DNA of 64,000 nt from Bacteroides sp. (GTDB lineage: Bacteria > Bacteroidota > Bacteroidia > Bacteroidales > Muribaculaceae), in NCBI GenBank assembly GCA_014801865.1, contig JAAVDH010000039.1, forward strand, positions 3,657 through 67,656, read 5' to 3'. Of the stretch, positions 40,943 through 50,568 are shown piece by piece (the stretch's first letter is position 1; every line of letters starts with the position of its first letter). Below the pieces are notes generated by a model, which ran no database searches, was not told the DNA's origin, and worked only from the letters and a program-made list of their open reading frames with translations. A program made the position numbers and the translations under genes.

Positions 40943-42238
40943 ATGGAAAATGAAGCAAAAGCGAAGAGCGCGATAGCTATGCCTGATGAGGGCAAGAGTT
41001 ATGTGAGTGCTTTTCTTACAATGGTATTCCTGTTCTTTATCGTAGGGTTTCTTACGACAGTGAACACTCAGTTTCAGGCGCCGCTCAAGGCCGCTTTTCT
41101 CGGCGAAACCGGAGCGATGCAAAATACATTCGCCACGTTGATTACCTTCTCGTGGTTCTTGGCATATCCGGTATGTGGTTCGTTGGGCTCGCGATGGATC
41201 AATGCCGGGGGGTATAGATCAACTCTGGTGAAGGGATTAGGCATGATGGCCGCGGGGCTTATACTGTTTCTCCTGTCGGCGCAGAGCGCGGTGTCTATGC
41301 CCGGAGCGGGTATCTCCGTAGGCAGTTTCTTTGTGCCTCTGGGCTTCATGATCTTCCTCTTAGGGTCGTTTGTCACCGGAGGTAGCGTGACAGTGCTCCA
41401 GGTGGTTATCAATCCTTATCTGACGGCATGTCATGTCAAGGGCACTCAGGGGGTGCAGCGCATGGCTATCGGCGGCTCGGCCAATTCGATAGGTACGGCG
41501 ATAGCTCCTTACTTCGTCACGGGTGTAATATTCGGAGGCATGGCGCTTGACAGCGTATCGCTGGATGCCCTTATAGTACCTTTCGCGGTGCTGGCTTGCA
41601 GCATCATAGCTCTCGGAATATGGCTGCGCACAATCAATCTGCCCGACCTCAACGCCACCCGTAGCGAGAGTGACGAGAAACTGCCCCGCAGCGTATGGTC
41701 GTTCCGCCACCTGACTTTAGGTGTAGTGGCTATTTTCTTCTATGTCGGAGCCGAGGTATGTATAGGGGCCAATATCACTATGTATGCCCTTGAGCTGTCG
41801 CTTGAGTCTGTGGCTGTAATCACCACACTCTATTGGGTCGGTATTCTTGCCGGGCGTCTTGTAGGAAGCAGTCTCAGTACCGTGTCACCACGTATACAGC
41901 TTACAGTCACCACTGTAGGTGCTACTGTACTGACTATAGCCGCTATCGTTGCCGACAGTCCCTGGCTGCTTGCTTCGGTAGGTCTGTGCCACTCGATAAT
42001 GTGGGGTTGTATCTTCACTCTTGCGGTGAAGGGCTTGGGACGCTACACTACCGTGGCCTCGGGTGTGTTCATGATAGGTGTGGTAGGCGGTGCTGTCCTG
42101 CCCTTGCTTCAGGGTGTGTGGGCCGATATGGCCGGCAGCTGGCGCACCACATGGTGGATAGTAGTGGCGAGCGAACTGATAATGTTGTATTATGCCCTGA
42201 TAGGCAGTAAGATAAAAGACAATGAAATTACGAAATAA
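40943..42238 (+). CDS. MFS sugar:H+ symporter (FucP/GluP/NagP family)
   Basis: About 12 TM helices; LQVVINPY, IFFYVGAEV and GVVGGAVLP motifs. Confidence 0.9.
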   Translation: MENEAKAKSAIAMPDEGKSYVSAFLTMVFLFFIVGFLTTVNTQFQAPLKAAFLGETGAMQNTFATLITFSWFLAYPVCGSLGSRWINAGGYRSTLVKGLGMMAAGLILFLLSAQSAVSMPGAGISVGSFFVPLGFMIFLLGSFVTGGSVTVLQVVINPYLTACHVKGTQGVQRMAIGGSANSIGTAIAPYFVTGVIFGGMALDSVSLDALIVPFAVLACSIIALGIWLRTINLPDLNATRSESDEKLPRSVWSFRHLTLGVVAIFFYVGAEVCIGANITMYALELSLESVAVITTLYWVGILAGRLVGSSLSTVSPRIQLTVTTVGATVLTIAAIVADSPWLLASVGLCHSIMWGCIFTLAVKGLGRYTTVASGVFMIGVVGGAVLPLLQGVWADMAGSWRTTWWIVVASELIMLYYALIGSKIKDNEITK

Positions 42239-43937
42239 ATTATTCGCGGCGGCTTGCATAATGGCGAGTCTCGTAGGTTGTAAGAGTGCGGCAGACGCAC
42301 AGAATGATTATATAAAGGAAGATAAGGTCGTGGCGGCGTACGTGACCTCATGGTCAGACGTAATGCCTGATCCCGCGCTGCTGACGCATGTCAACTATGC
42401 TTTCGGGGGTGTGAACGAGACATTTGACGGTGTAAGCATAGCCAATGAGCCCCGCTTCGCTCAGATAGTGAACATCAAGAAGACCAAGCCCGAATTGAAG
42501 GTGCTCCTGTCAATAGGAGGGTGGGGCAGTGGCCGGTTCAGCGAAATGGCCGCAAACGACAGTCTGCGCAATTCATTTGCCAAGGACTGCGCACGTATAG
42601 TGAATGACTACGGTATAGACGGAATAGACATCGACTGGGAATATCCCGGAAGCAGTGCGGCGGGCATATCTTCGTCGGAGAATGATAAGGAGAACTTTAC
42701 CCTGCTCATGAGGGATATCCGCAGCGCTATAGGTGATGATAAGTTGCTGACACTGGCGAGTGCCTGTACCCCGGAGTATATTGATTTTCGTGCGGTAATG
42801 CCTTACGTGGACTTCGTGAATCTGATGACATACGACATGGGCAACGCCCCTCTGCACCATGCAGCGCTGTATCAGTCGGAGAATACTCCCGAAATGACTT
42901 GCGAGAGCTCGGTGAAGGCGCATATCGCAGCCGGTGTGCCGGCCGGAAGACTGGTGCTCGGTCTTCCTTTCTACGGCAAGGGCGCCGTGGGCGAGCATGG
43001 CGCTGACTATAGAAATATCACTGTGCCGGAGGGCGGGTCGATAGTATTCGACTCTGTAGCGATGGTGCCTTATGTAGCCGATGCTACAGGCAAGATGGTT
43101 CTTGGATTTGACAATGCAGAGTCGATTGCCGCCAAGTGTCGTTTTGTAGATGAGAATGGGCTGCTCGGTGCGATGTACTGGGATTATGCCGGAGATAATA
43201 ACGAGAAGGAATTGGCTACTACGGTGTATAATGCCATAAGTGGTCAGGAGGTATTGCCTCATATTCTGGTGCTGAATGAGGGAGGCGGTCAGCATGGTCC
43301 CTTCACGAAGGTGGCTATGGAGTGGCTTCGCGCTCAGGCTACGCAAAAGGGTTACCGCATCACGGAGCTGCGTAATGCCGGCCCTATCACGCGTGAGTAT
43401 CTCAAGGATTATCCTTTGGTGATACAGCTTGATTTCCCTCCTTACACATGGCCAGAAGAGGCTCAGGAGGCGTTTACAGATTATATCGATAATGGTAAGG
43501 GCTCGTGGATAGGTTTTCACCACGCGACGTTGCTCGGCGAGTTTGACGGATATCCGATGTGGGACTGGTTCTCGGATTTCATGGGCGGTGTACGTTTCCA
43601 AAACTATGTGGCGGCTCTGGCCGACGGCACAGTATGTGTGGAGGACTCGATTCATCCTGTGATGAAGGGGGTAGACCCGAAGTTTGTGCTTCGCGATGAT
43701 GAGTGGTATACCTATAATGTCTCGCCTCGTCAGAATGTGAAAGTGCTGGCCTCGGTAGATGAATCGACGTATACTCCCGATTCGGAAGTCAAAATGGGTG
43801 ATCATCCTGTGATATGGACTAATCCTGAGAAGAAAGCGCGCAATGTGTACTTCCAGTTTGGACATAGTCCGAAGCTGTTTGAGAGCGAAAACTTCACCCG
43901 ACTTTTCTCTAATGCTATAGATTGGGCAATCGAATAA
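42222..43937 (+). CDS. Lipoprotein GH18 chitinase-like enzyme fused to a C-terminal ThuA-like (class I GATase-fold) domain
   Basis: Lipobox LVGC; SIGGW, intact DGIDIDWEYP, MTYD; C-domain GFHHA...DEWY...DHPVIW...FGH. Confidence 0.92.
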   Translation: MKLRNKLFAAACIMASLVGCKSAADAQNDYIKEDKVVAAYVTSWSDVMPDPALLTHVNYAFGGVNETFDGVSIANEPRFAQIVNIKKTKPELKVLLSIGGWGSGRFSEMAANDSLRNSFAKDCARIVNDYGIDGIDIDWEYPGSSAAGISSSENDKENFTLLMRDIRSAIGDDKLLTLASACTPEYIDFRAVMPYVDFVNLMTYDMGNAPLHHAALYQSENTPEMTCESSVKAHIAAGVPAGRLVLGLPFYGKGAVGEHGADYRNITVPEGGSIVFDSVAMVPYVADATGKMVLGFDNAESIAAKCRFVDENGLLGAMYWDYAGDNNEKELATTVYNAISGQEVLPHILVLNEGGGQHGPFTKVAMEWLRAQATQKGYRITELRNAGPITREYLKDYPLVIQLDFPPYTWPEEAQEAFTDYIDNGKGSWIGFHHATLLGEFDGYPMWDWFSDFMGGVRFQNYVAALADGTVCVEDSIHPVMKGVDPKFVLRDDEWYTYNVSPRQNVKVLASVDESTYTPDSEVKMGDHPVIWTNPEKKARNVYFQFGHSPKLFESENFTRLFSNAIDWAIE

Positions 43938-44004
43938 GAAATACACAATTAATACATATATAAATTAGATTAGCGTTTAAATACTGAAACGATTGGTTAG
44001 TGAA

Positions 44005-44040
44005 AGCGCTGTGCAGTGATAGGCACAGCGCTATTTTTTT
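44005..44040 (+). terminator. Terminator after GH18-ThuA
   Basis: AGCGCTGTGC-AGTGATAG-GCACAGCGCT followed by ATTTTTTT. Confidence 0.85.
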
Positions 44041-44214
44041 GCTTTAATCCGCAAGCGTATTATGCGGGGGACGAAGCTGATTGGGAAGAGGAGAGAGGGA
44101 ATGGAGCAATAGGACGGGAGATGGGTGAAGGGAAATGACGCAATAGGGAGGGAGATGGAAGGGAAAGAAGGGGGTAACGGGTTATTTTGCTGGTAGAGAG
44201 GCGGGGAATGATGC

Positions 44215-44274
44215 TTTTTCGACCTTTAATGACGGTTTTTCGACCCCGGCAGGGAGCTTGGAGGGCTAAATTTG
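44215..44274 (+). promoter_or_regulatory. Putative HTCS operator plus -7 element of the susC operon
   Basis: TTTTTCGAC-CTTTAA-TGAC-GGTT-TTTCGACCC, then TAAATTTG at 44267. Confidence 0.8.
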
Positions 44275-44311
44275 CGATATCAATCATTAATCACCATTAA
44301 AATCTTAACAC

Positions 44312-47300
44312 ATGAAACTCAGATTCATCATGCTGATTTTCGCGCTATGCAGCATCCTCGGGATGACAGCCCAGCAACTTTCGATAAGTGGCGTGGTTGT
44401 AGACCCCGAAGGTGAACCTCTGCCCGGCGTAAGCGTCATTGTTCAGGGTACGTCCAACGGTACGGCTACGAATATCGACGGTAAATTTAATATCAAGGCC
44501 GCCACAGGTGAGCATCTCCTTTTCTCGTATATAGGATATGATACGGAGAAAGTAGCAGTAAAGGCGGGTAACACTAATCTTAAAGTGGTACTTAACGAGA
44601 GCAGTGAGGTGCTTGACGAAGTAGTGGTAATCGGCTACGGCGTGCAGAAGAAGAAACTCGTCACCGGTGCTACGGTACAGGTAAAGGGCGATGAGATCGC
44701 AGCCCGCAACACTGTGAGCCCCATAGGCGCTCTTCAGGGTCAGACTCCGGGTGTGAACATCATGTCTATGGGCGGTAAACCCAACTCAGGCTTTAAGGTG
44801 AATATCCGCGGTGTCGGAACCAACGGCGACTCAGACCCCATCGTGGTAGTTGACGGTCTTGTAGGTACCCTCAGCAATCTCAATGAGCTGAACCCCGGCG
44901 ATATCGAGTCGATAGATATCCTCAAGGACGCTGCCTCAACGGCTATTTACGGTGCCCGCGCCGCTAACGGTGTGATTCTCGTCACCACCAAGCATGGCTC
45001 GGAGGGCAAGACCAATATCACATTCGATGCATACGTGGGCTGGCAGAACATAGCCAAGCGTCCTCAGATGCTAAACGCTCAGGAGTATATGTATATATAT
45101 GACGTGGCCAGAATGTATGAGGGCAATGCTCCCGTAGACTGGGCGTCACTCATACCCGAACGCTATTACAATATGCTTCAGGAGGGTTGGACCGGAACAG
45201 ACTGGCTTGATCTGATGATAGGTAAGGACGCTCCTCAGCAGAGCTACAACCTCGGTGTGTCAGGCGGCAGCCAGATGGGTAGCTACGCCATCGGCCTCGG
45301 CTATACCTCACAGGAGGGTGTGATGCTCCGCGACTATATCAACTCAAAGTTTGAGCGCGTGACAGCACGTATCAATTCAGACTGGAACGTAGTCAAGCAC
45401 GGCAAGCGCAATGTGCTTAAGTTTGGCGAAAATCTCATGCTGTCGTTCAACAACTCTAACGGCATGGACGCCGTGAGCACCGGTGGCGCATGGAGCAATA
45501 CCGTACGTCAGGCCCTCAAGGCATCGCCTCTCTTTACCTGCTATGATGAAAACGGCGACATCGTGAAGGGTGCCAGCTGGCTCAATGACTCTCAGATGAA
45601 CCCCGTGAGAGGTGCTACCCGCGGCGGTATCGACAACTGCAACAGCAAGTATTATTCAGCCCGCGGTAACTTCTATCTCCAGTTAGAGCCGATAGATAAC
45701 CTCGTGCTCCGTTCAAATCTCGGATTCGGCTATAGCGGCAACACTTCGCGCAGCTACAGCACACCTTATAATGACGCTCCCTTCGGTTCTGCTACAGTGG
45801 ACCGCATCAGCCAGAGCTCAGGCAACTACTATTCATGGAGCTGGGAAAACACCCTCTCATACAGCTTTGACGTAAACCTCAACCATATCACAGCCCTCAT
45901 CGGTACATCAGCCGAGAAGTGGGGTTACGGCGAGGGCCTGTCAGCATCGCGTGTAGGCAACACCTTCGGCGACTGGCTCCACGCATATATCAGCAACGGC
46001 ACATCGCTGGCTACCGATCCCGGAGCATGGGATATGAGCGGATGGCCCAGCAGCCCCGGAGCCATCAACTCATACTTCGGACGTCTGACCTATGACTACG
46101 ACTCACGCTATATGGCTACCGCCACTCTCCGTGCCGACGGTTCGTCAAACTTCGCAAGAGGTCACCGCTGGGGTTACTTCCCCTCATTCAGCGCCGGCTG
46201 GAATATCTCGCAGGAATCATTCATGGAATCGACCCACGACTGGCTCAATCAGCTTAAGCTCCGCGCAAGCTGGGGTCAGAACGGTAATGCCAACATCGCC
46301 AACTTCCAGTATCTCGCCACGGTATATGTAGGTGGCGCCGACTATTTCTTCGGTGACGATAAGGTAAATAAGGTAATCGGTTCGTACCCCAACAAGATTG
46401 CCAACCCCGACCTTTCTTGGGAACGCTCAGACCAGTGGAATGCCGGTATCGACATGAGCATGTTCAACTCTAAGCTGACCCTTAACCTCGACTGGTATCG
46501 CAAGACCACCAAGGACTGGCTCGTAAACGCTCCTATCCTCGCTTCATACGGTACGGGTGCTCCCGTCATCAACGGTGGCGATGTGCGTAACCAGGGTCTG
46601 GAATTTGCCGCCAACTGGCGTTCTAATATCGGTGAGTTCAGCTACTCTGTAGGCGCCAACGTAGCCTGGAACAGAAACAAAGTGACCCGTCTGGCCAATG
46701 ACCAGGGCGTAATCAACGGTCCCGGTGATGCAGTGCTTCAGAACTCTACCTACATATCACGTATCGAGGTAGGCCATCCTATCGGCTTCTTCTATGGCTA
46801 CAAGACCCTCGGTGTATTCCAGAACAAGGAGCAGATCAACAACTACCGTAATGCTGACGGCAACATGATTATGCCCACAGCCGTGCCCGGTGACCTTATC
46901 TTCTTTGACCGCGACGGTGACGGACAGATATCTGACAACGATAAGATGGAAATCGGTGATCCTCATCCCGACGTGACCCTCGGCATCAACATCCAGCTCT
47001 TCTACAAGGGCTTCGACCTCGGAGCCAACGGTTATGGCGCATTCGGCCAGCAGATAGCCAACAACTATCGTGATCACACTTCATCGGGCTATGATAACTG
47101 GACTTACAACCTTGCTTCACAGGTATGGCACGGTGAAGGCACCTCAAACCGCTATCCCCGTCCCTCGACCTCAAGCCATCAGAACTGGGCGTACATCTCT
47201 GACATTTATGTAGACAATTCAGACTACTTCCGTCTTCAGAGCCTGACTCTCGGCTACGACTTCAAGGCCCTCTGTAAGAAGATGCCCCTGTCACAGTGTC

Positions 47301-47470
47301 GTCTCTACGTGAGCGCAACCAATCTGTTTACAATCACCAAGTACAAAGGCTTCGATCCCGAAATCGGTACTGACGGCAACTGGGGCGGTACACCCTGGGT
47401 GCAGGGCGTTGACCAGGGCTTCTATCCCGGCAACCGTACATTCCTCATTGGTGTAAACATTAAATACTAA
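44312..47470 (+). CDS. susC: SusC/RagA TonB-dependent transporter
   Basis: CarboxypepD_reg-like N-domain, DEVVVIGYG, LKDAASTAIYGARAANGVILVTTK, RADGSSNF and LSWE motifs. Confidence 0.97.
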   Translation: MKLRFIMLIFALCSILGMTAQQLSISGVVVDPEGEPLPGVSVIVQGTSNGTATNIDGKFNIKAATGEHLLFSYIGYDTEKVAVKAGNTNLKVVLNESSEVLDEVVVIGYGVQKKKLVTGATVQVKGDEIAARNTVSPIGALQGQTPGVNIMSMGGKPNSGFKVNIRGVGTNGDSDPIVVVDGLVGTLSNLNELNPGDIESIDILKDAASTAIYGARAANGVILVTTKHGSEGKTNITFDAYVGWQNIAKRPQMLNAQEYMYIYDVARMYEGNAPVDWASLIPERYYNMLQEGWTGTDWLDLMIGKDAPQQSYNLGVSGGSQMGSYAIGLGYTSQEGVMLRDYINSKFERVTARINSDWNVVKHGKRNVLKFGENLMLSFNNSNGMDAVSTGGAWSNTVRQALKASPLFTCYDENGDIVKGASWLNDSQMNPVRGATRGGIDNCNSKYYSARGNFYLQLEPIDNLVLRSNLGFGYSGNTSRSYSTPYNDAPFGSATVDRISQSSGNYYSWSWENTLSYSFDVNLNHITALIGTSAEKWGYGEGLSASRVGNTFGDWLHAYISNGTSLATDPGAWDMSGWPSSPGAINSYFGRLTYDYDSRYMATATLRADGSSNFARGHRWGYFPSFSAGWNISQESFMESTHDWLNQLKLRASWGQNGNANIANFQYLATVYVGGADYFFGDDKVNKVIGSYPNKIANPDLSWERSDQWNAGIDMSMFNSKLTLNLDWYRKTTKDWLVNAPILASYGTGAPVINGGDVRNQGLEFAANWRSNIGEFSYSVGANVAWNRNKVTRLANDQGVINGPGDAVLQNSTYISRIEVGHPIGFFYGYKTLGVFQNKEQINNYRNADGNMIMPTAVPGDLIFFDRDGDGQISDNDKMEIGDPHPDVTLGINIQLFYKGFDLGANGYGAFGQQIANNYRDHTSSGYDNWTYNLASQVWHGEGTSNRYPRPSTSSHQNWAYISDIYVDNSDYFRLQSLTLGYDFKALCKKMPLSQCRLYVSATNLFTITKYKGFDPEIGTDGNWGGTPWVQGVDQGFYPGNRTFLIGVNIKY

Positions 47471-47478
47471 TATCCGCA

Positions 47479-49260
47479 ATGAAACTCAATAAAATAATAA
47501 GCAGCCTCGCTATAGCCGCGCTGCTTACAGGTTGCTCGGAGAGCTTTCTGGATACCGACAACCTTACCTCAAAAGACTCAAGCAACTTCCCGGCGAACAT
47601 TACCGACGCCGAGGAGATAGTGACCGGTATCTATCGCCCCGTGATGGGTGATGCCGATAATCCTGCCAATAATGTGATGTTCGTAGCCGAGCTTATGAGC
47701 GACGAACGCTTCGGTGGCGGCGGTAAGGATGACGGCGCCGTGCAGTCAGTGGCATACTACAAGAAGATGAGCGACAATCAGTACTCAGGCCTCTGGAGCC
47801 GCTGCTACGAAGGTATCTACCGTTGTAATTACCTCCTCTCCGTGGAGGGTCAGATAGACTGGGCCGGCGATGAAGAGACCCGTGGCAGAGTCATGGGCGA
47901 AGGTTACTTCATGCGTGCATATTACTACTTCGACCTGCTGCGTCTGTTCGGCAATGTGCCCATGCCTCTTACTCCCGAACCTGCCAATCTGCCTCAAGCT
48001 ACTCCCGAGGATGCTTTCGGTCAGGTAGCATCAGACCTTCTGAACGCTATCAACCTGCTCCCCGAAAAGAAACATGCCGGAGTCAATGGCGTAGGCACTG
48101 ACGGCCACGCTACCCGCTGGGCTGCCGAGGCTCTTCTGGCGCGTGTGTTCCTGTTCTACACCGGTGTATACGAGAAGGAATCGATTACTCTGGCCGAAGA
48201 TGGCGGCACTCTGACCAAGCAGGATGTAATCCGTCATCTCGAAGACTGTATCGAAAATTCCGGCCACGACCTTGCCGCAAAGTTCGGCGACCTATGGGCC
48301 TACTCAGCCGCAGGTGACTACTGGATCAATGAGAAGTATGGCTATAGCTGGCTGGGCGACTGTGCCGGATGGCAGGGCTGGGAAGGCCAGACCGCCGGTT
48401 ACCGCGACAATCCCGAGACGGTGTTTGCCATCAAGCATGCCTATGGCTCGCAGTACTACGGACGTAACCTCACCGTGCTGTTCTTCAGCCCCCGTTATCA
48501 GGATGCCGACAACCCCAATAGCGACGGCGACGGCTGGGGTGGTGTCTACCCCTTCGGTACAGGCTGGGGCGGTGGTACAATCACTCCCAATATCTACAAC
48601 ACATGGCCTTCTGACGACCCTCGCCGCAAATCGTCAATCCTCAATATGGATGATCCCGAAGAGGGTATGACATATCATGACAATGGCGGCCACCAGGTAG
48701 AAGATACCCACATGTTTAACAAGAAGTATATCGCTATCAACGTTCACACCGAAAAGATGGTGTCAAAGGATTCTCAGAACGGTCCCGGCGCAGTGGCTCT
48801 CTACTGGTATTGCTACCCTGAAATCATGGATACCGACAATGACTACATGTCATGTAACTTCATGGACGAGATTGCTATACGTTTCGCCGACGTGCTTCTG
48901 ATGCACTCCGAACTGACCGCTACCGCCGAGGGTATCAACCGAGTGCGCAGCCGTGTAGGTCTTGATGCTGTGGCATACTCTGATGAGAATCTCCGCAACG
49001 AACGTCGTTGGGAGCTGGCCTTCGAGGGCATACGCTTCTTTGACCTCAAGCGCTGGCATCTGCTCAACCTCGTTGACGAACACCGTACCGGTATAGAAGC
49101 CATGTGTGACGGTAACATGCGCACCGTTTCTGTGCCTCACCGTCCTGAGACCAAGGGCCTTCTGCCTATCCCCGACGATGAAATCAAGAAGTCAAACGGT
49201 GTACTCGTACAGAACGCCGGTTGGAGTTCCTCTGAGGGTAACTTTACAAGTCCCTACTAA
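47479..49260 (+). CDS. susD: SusD/RagB glycan-binding lipoprotein
   Basis: Lipobox LTGC; GEGYFMRAYYYFDL, IRFADVLL and NERRWELAFEGIRFFDLKRW motifs. Confidence 0.96.
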   Translation: MKLNKIISSLAIAALLTGCSESFLDTDNLTSKDSSNFPANITDAEEIVTGIYRPVMGDADNPANNVMFVAELMSDERFGGGGKDDGAVQSVAYYKKMSDNQYSGLWSRCYEGIYRCNYLLSVEGQIDWAGDEETRGRVMGEGYFMRAYYYFDLLRLFGNVPMPLTPEPANLPQATPEDAFGQVASDLLNAINLLPEKKHAGVNGVGTDGHATRWAAEALLARVFLFYTGVYEKESITLAEDGGTLTKQDVIRHLEDCIENSGHDLAAKFGDLWAYSAAGDYWINEKYGYSWLGDCAGWQGWEGQTAGYRDNPETVFAIKHAYGSQYYGRNLTVLFFSPRYQDADNPNSDGDGWGGVYPFGTGWGGGTITPNIYNTWPSDDPRRKSSILNMDDPEEGMTYHDNGGHQVEDTHMFNKKYIAINVHTEKMVSKDSQNGPGAVALYWYCYPEIMDTDNDYMSCNFMDEIAIRFADVLLMHSELTATAEGINRVRSRVGLDAVAYSDENLRNERRWELAFEGIRFFDLKRWHLLNLVDEHRTGIEAMCDGNMRTVSVPHRPETKGLLPIPDDEIKKSNGVLVQNAGWSSSEGNFTSPY

Positions 49261-49285
49261 TTAAAATCCTTAAAAAGTCGAAACA

Positions 49286-50245
49286 ATGAAAATCCAATCA
49301 ATCATAAGCCTTGGCGTCGCTCTGGGTATAGGACTGTCATCATGTATCCATACTCAGGTAGATGACAATCATGAAGCCTTTAAGAATCAGATGCTATCTG
49401 ATAGCCAGAAAGAGGCTCTTTCACAGCAGTTTGCCGCTGCTTTCAGATATGAGAACGGCGAGAACCATTCAAATAAGGTGACTGTAATAAACAACAGCGG
49501 ATATGACTGCCGCCTTGACTACATGGTGGGCACATTGATGCTCGGCAGTGGCAAAGACAATACGGTAGACGTCGTGGTGCCCTTTGCCGGCGACCTCACA
49601 TTCACTGCTACAGTGCTTTACGACGGTGCATATATCGATGTTGCAATCCCTGTCCATGTAGATGATCTTGACAATGACCTTGACCCGCTTTTCGTGGCTC
49701 TTACCGATGGCACAGCCGAAGGCAAGACCTGGGAATGGTGGGTAGGCTACGACTACGAGAACGGTAACTACTCCTACGTCGACGGCTCATGGGGCTGCGT
49801 AGGTGGCGGCGGTTACGGATGGTCTGCAACCGGTCCTAACTGGGTCTGCTATGAAGTAGGTCAGGAAGATGAGTGGACAGGCCAGAAGGTGACCATGGAT
49901 GAATGGGTGAAATTTGACCTTGACGGTGGTCCTAATGTAACAGTCCACTACAGCGACGGCACTGAGAAGAAGGGAACCTTCGCTCTCACCTCGGGCACGA
50001 CTCCCGAAAAGGCAGCGCTTGGCTGGACCGGTACAATGAAGCTTACCGTAGACCTTCCCCACCAGATTAACAACAGCCAGTATAGTTGGTATCTTGACCT
50101 TCCCGCGGTATTTGACGTGGTACTTACCTCTGATGATCCCGACCATCTGATTCTGATAGCTCCCGGTGGTGGTGGCGCACACACTATCTGTGACGATAGC
50201 TGGGGTATCAGTTCTACCCACTGGACTTTCCAGGTTAAAAAGTAA
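49286..50245 (+). CDS. Surface lipoprotein, putative SGBP-B (SusE-positioned glycan-binding protein)
   Basis: Lipobox LSSC, Trp/Tyr/Gly-rich, directly after susD. Confidence 0.75.
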   Translation: MKIQSIISLGVALGIGLSSCIHTQVDDNHEAFKNQMLSDSQKEALSQQFAAAFRYENGENHSNKVTVINNSGYDCRLDYMVGTLMLGSGKDNTVDVVVPFAGDLTFTATVLYDGAYIDVAIPVHVDDLDNDLDPLFVALTDGTAEGKTWEWWVGYDYENGNYSYVDGSWGCVGGGGYGWSATGPNWVCYEVGQEDEWTGQKVTMDEWVKFDLDGGPNVTVHYSDGTEKKGTFALTSGTTPEKAALGWTGTMKLTVDLPHQINNSQYSWYLDLPAVFDVVLTSDDPDHLILIAPGGGGAHTICDDSWGISSTHWTFQVKK

Positions 50246-50402
50246 ACAAGAGTTTCTGAGTCAGTCAACAAAATTTGACGATCAGTCATAATGGTGTTCG
50301 TCACTGCAGTCACTTATGACCTCCGGGCTCATTATGACGACTACTTCTTTCAACTTCAAAACACTCCGAAAATTTTGTTGGCTGACTTAGTTTATGTTTA
50401 CT
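50241..50402 (+). ncRNA. Putative structured intergenic RNA (3' UTR element of the susCD operon)
   Basis: Nested stems 50241-48/50395-402, 50256-76/50370-90 (both mismatches are G-U on the + strand) and 50285-93/50330-38. Confidence 0.5.
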
Positions 50403-50462
50403 CAAAACCAAATTTACTTAGGAGTATATCAGGTAAAAAGATAGATTGTTAGATTGCTCTAC

Positions 50463-50514
50463 GAACGCCGCCTGAATCTATCGCTGATAGTATTCAGTTG
50501 GCGTTTCTTTTTTC
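50463..50514 (+). terminator. Intrinsic terminator between the SGBP and GH9 genes
   Basis: GAACGCC-GCCTGAATCTATC-GCT-GATAGTATTCAG-TTGGCGTTTC followed by TTTTTTC. Confidence 0.75.
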
Positions 50515-50568
50515 AGGAGTATATTATACTCTAACATAAGATATCTCTTAGGATATCGCCATTTGCTT

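Noticed and set aside
42573-43946. 457-aa ORF antisense to GH18-ThuA
   Set aside because: Shadow ORF with no recognisable motifs, explained by the codon bias of the sense gene. The same applies to 21996-22865, 51721-52566 and 55543-56499.
50241-50402. glmS ribozyme or invertible DNA segment
   Set aside because: The glmS catalytic core sequence was not seen. The IR mismatches are G-U compatible, favouring RNA structure, and no promoter lies between the arms.
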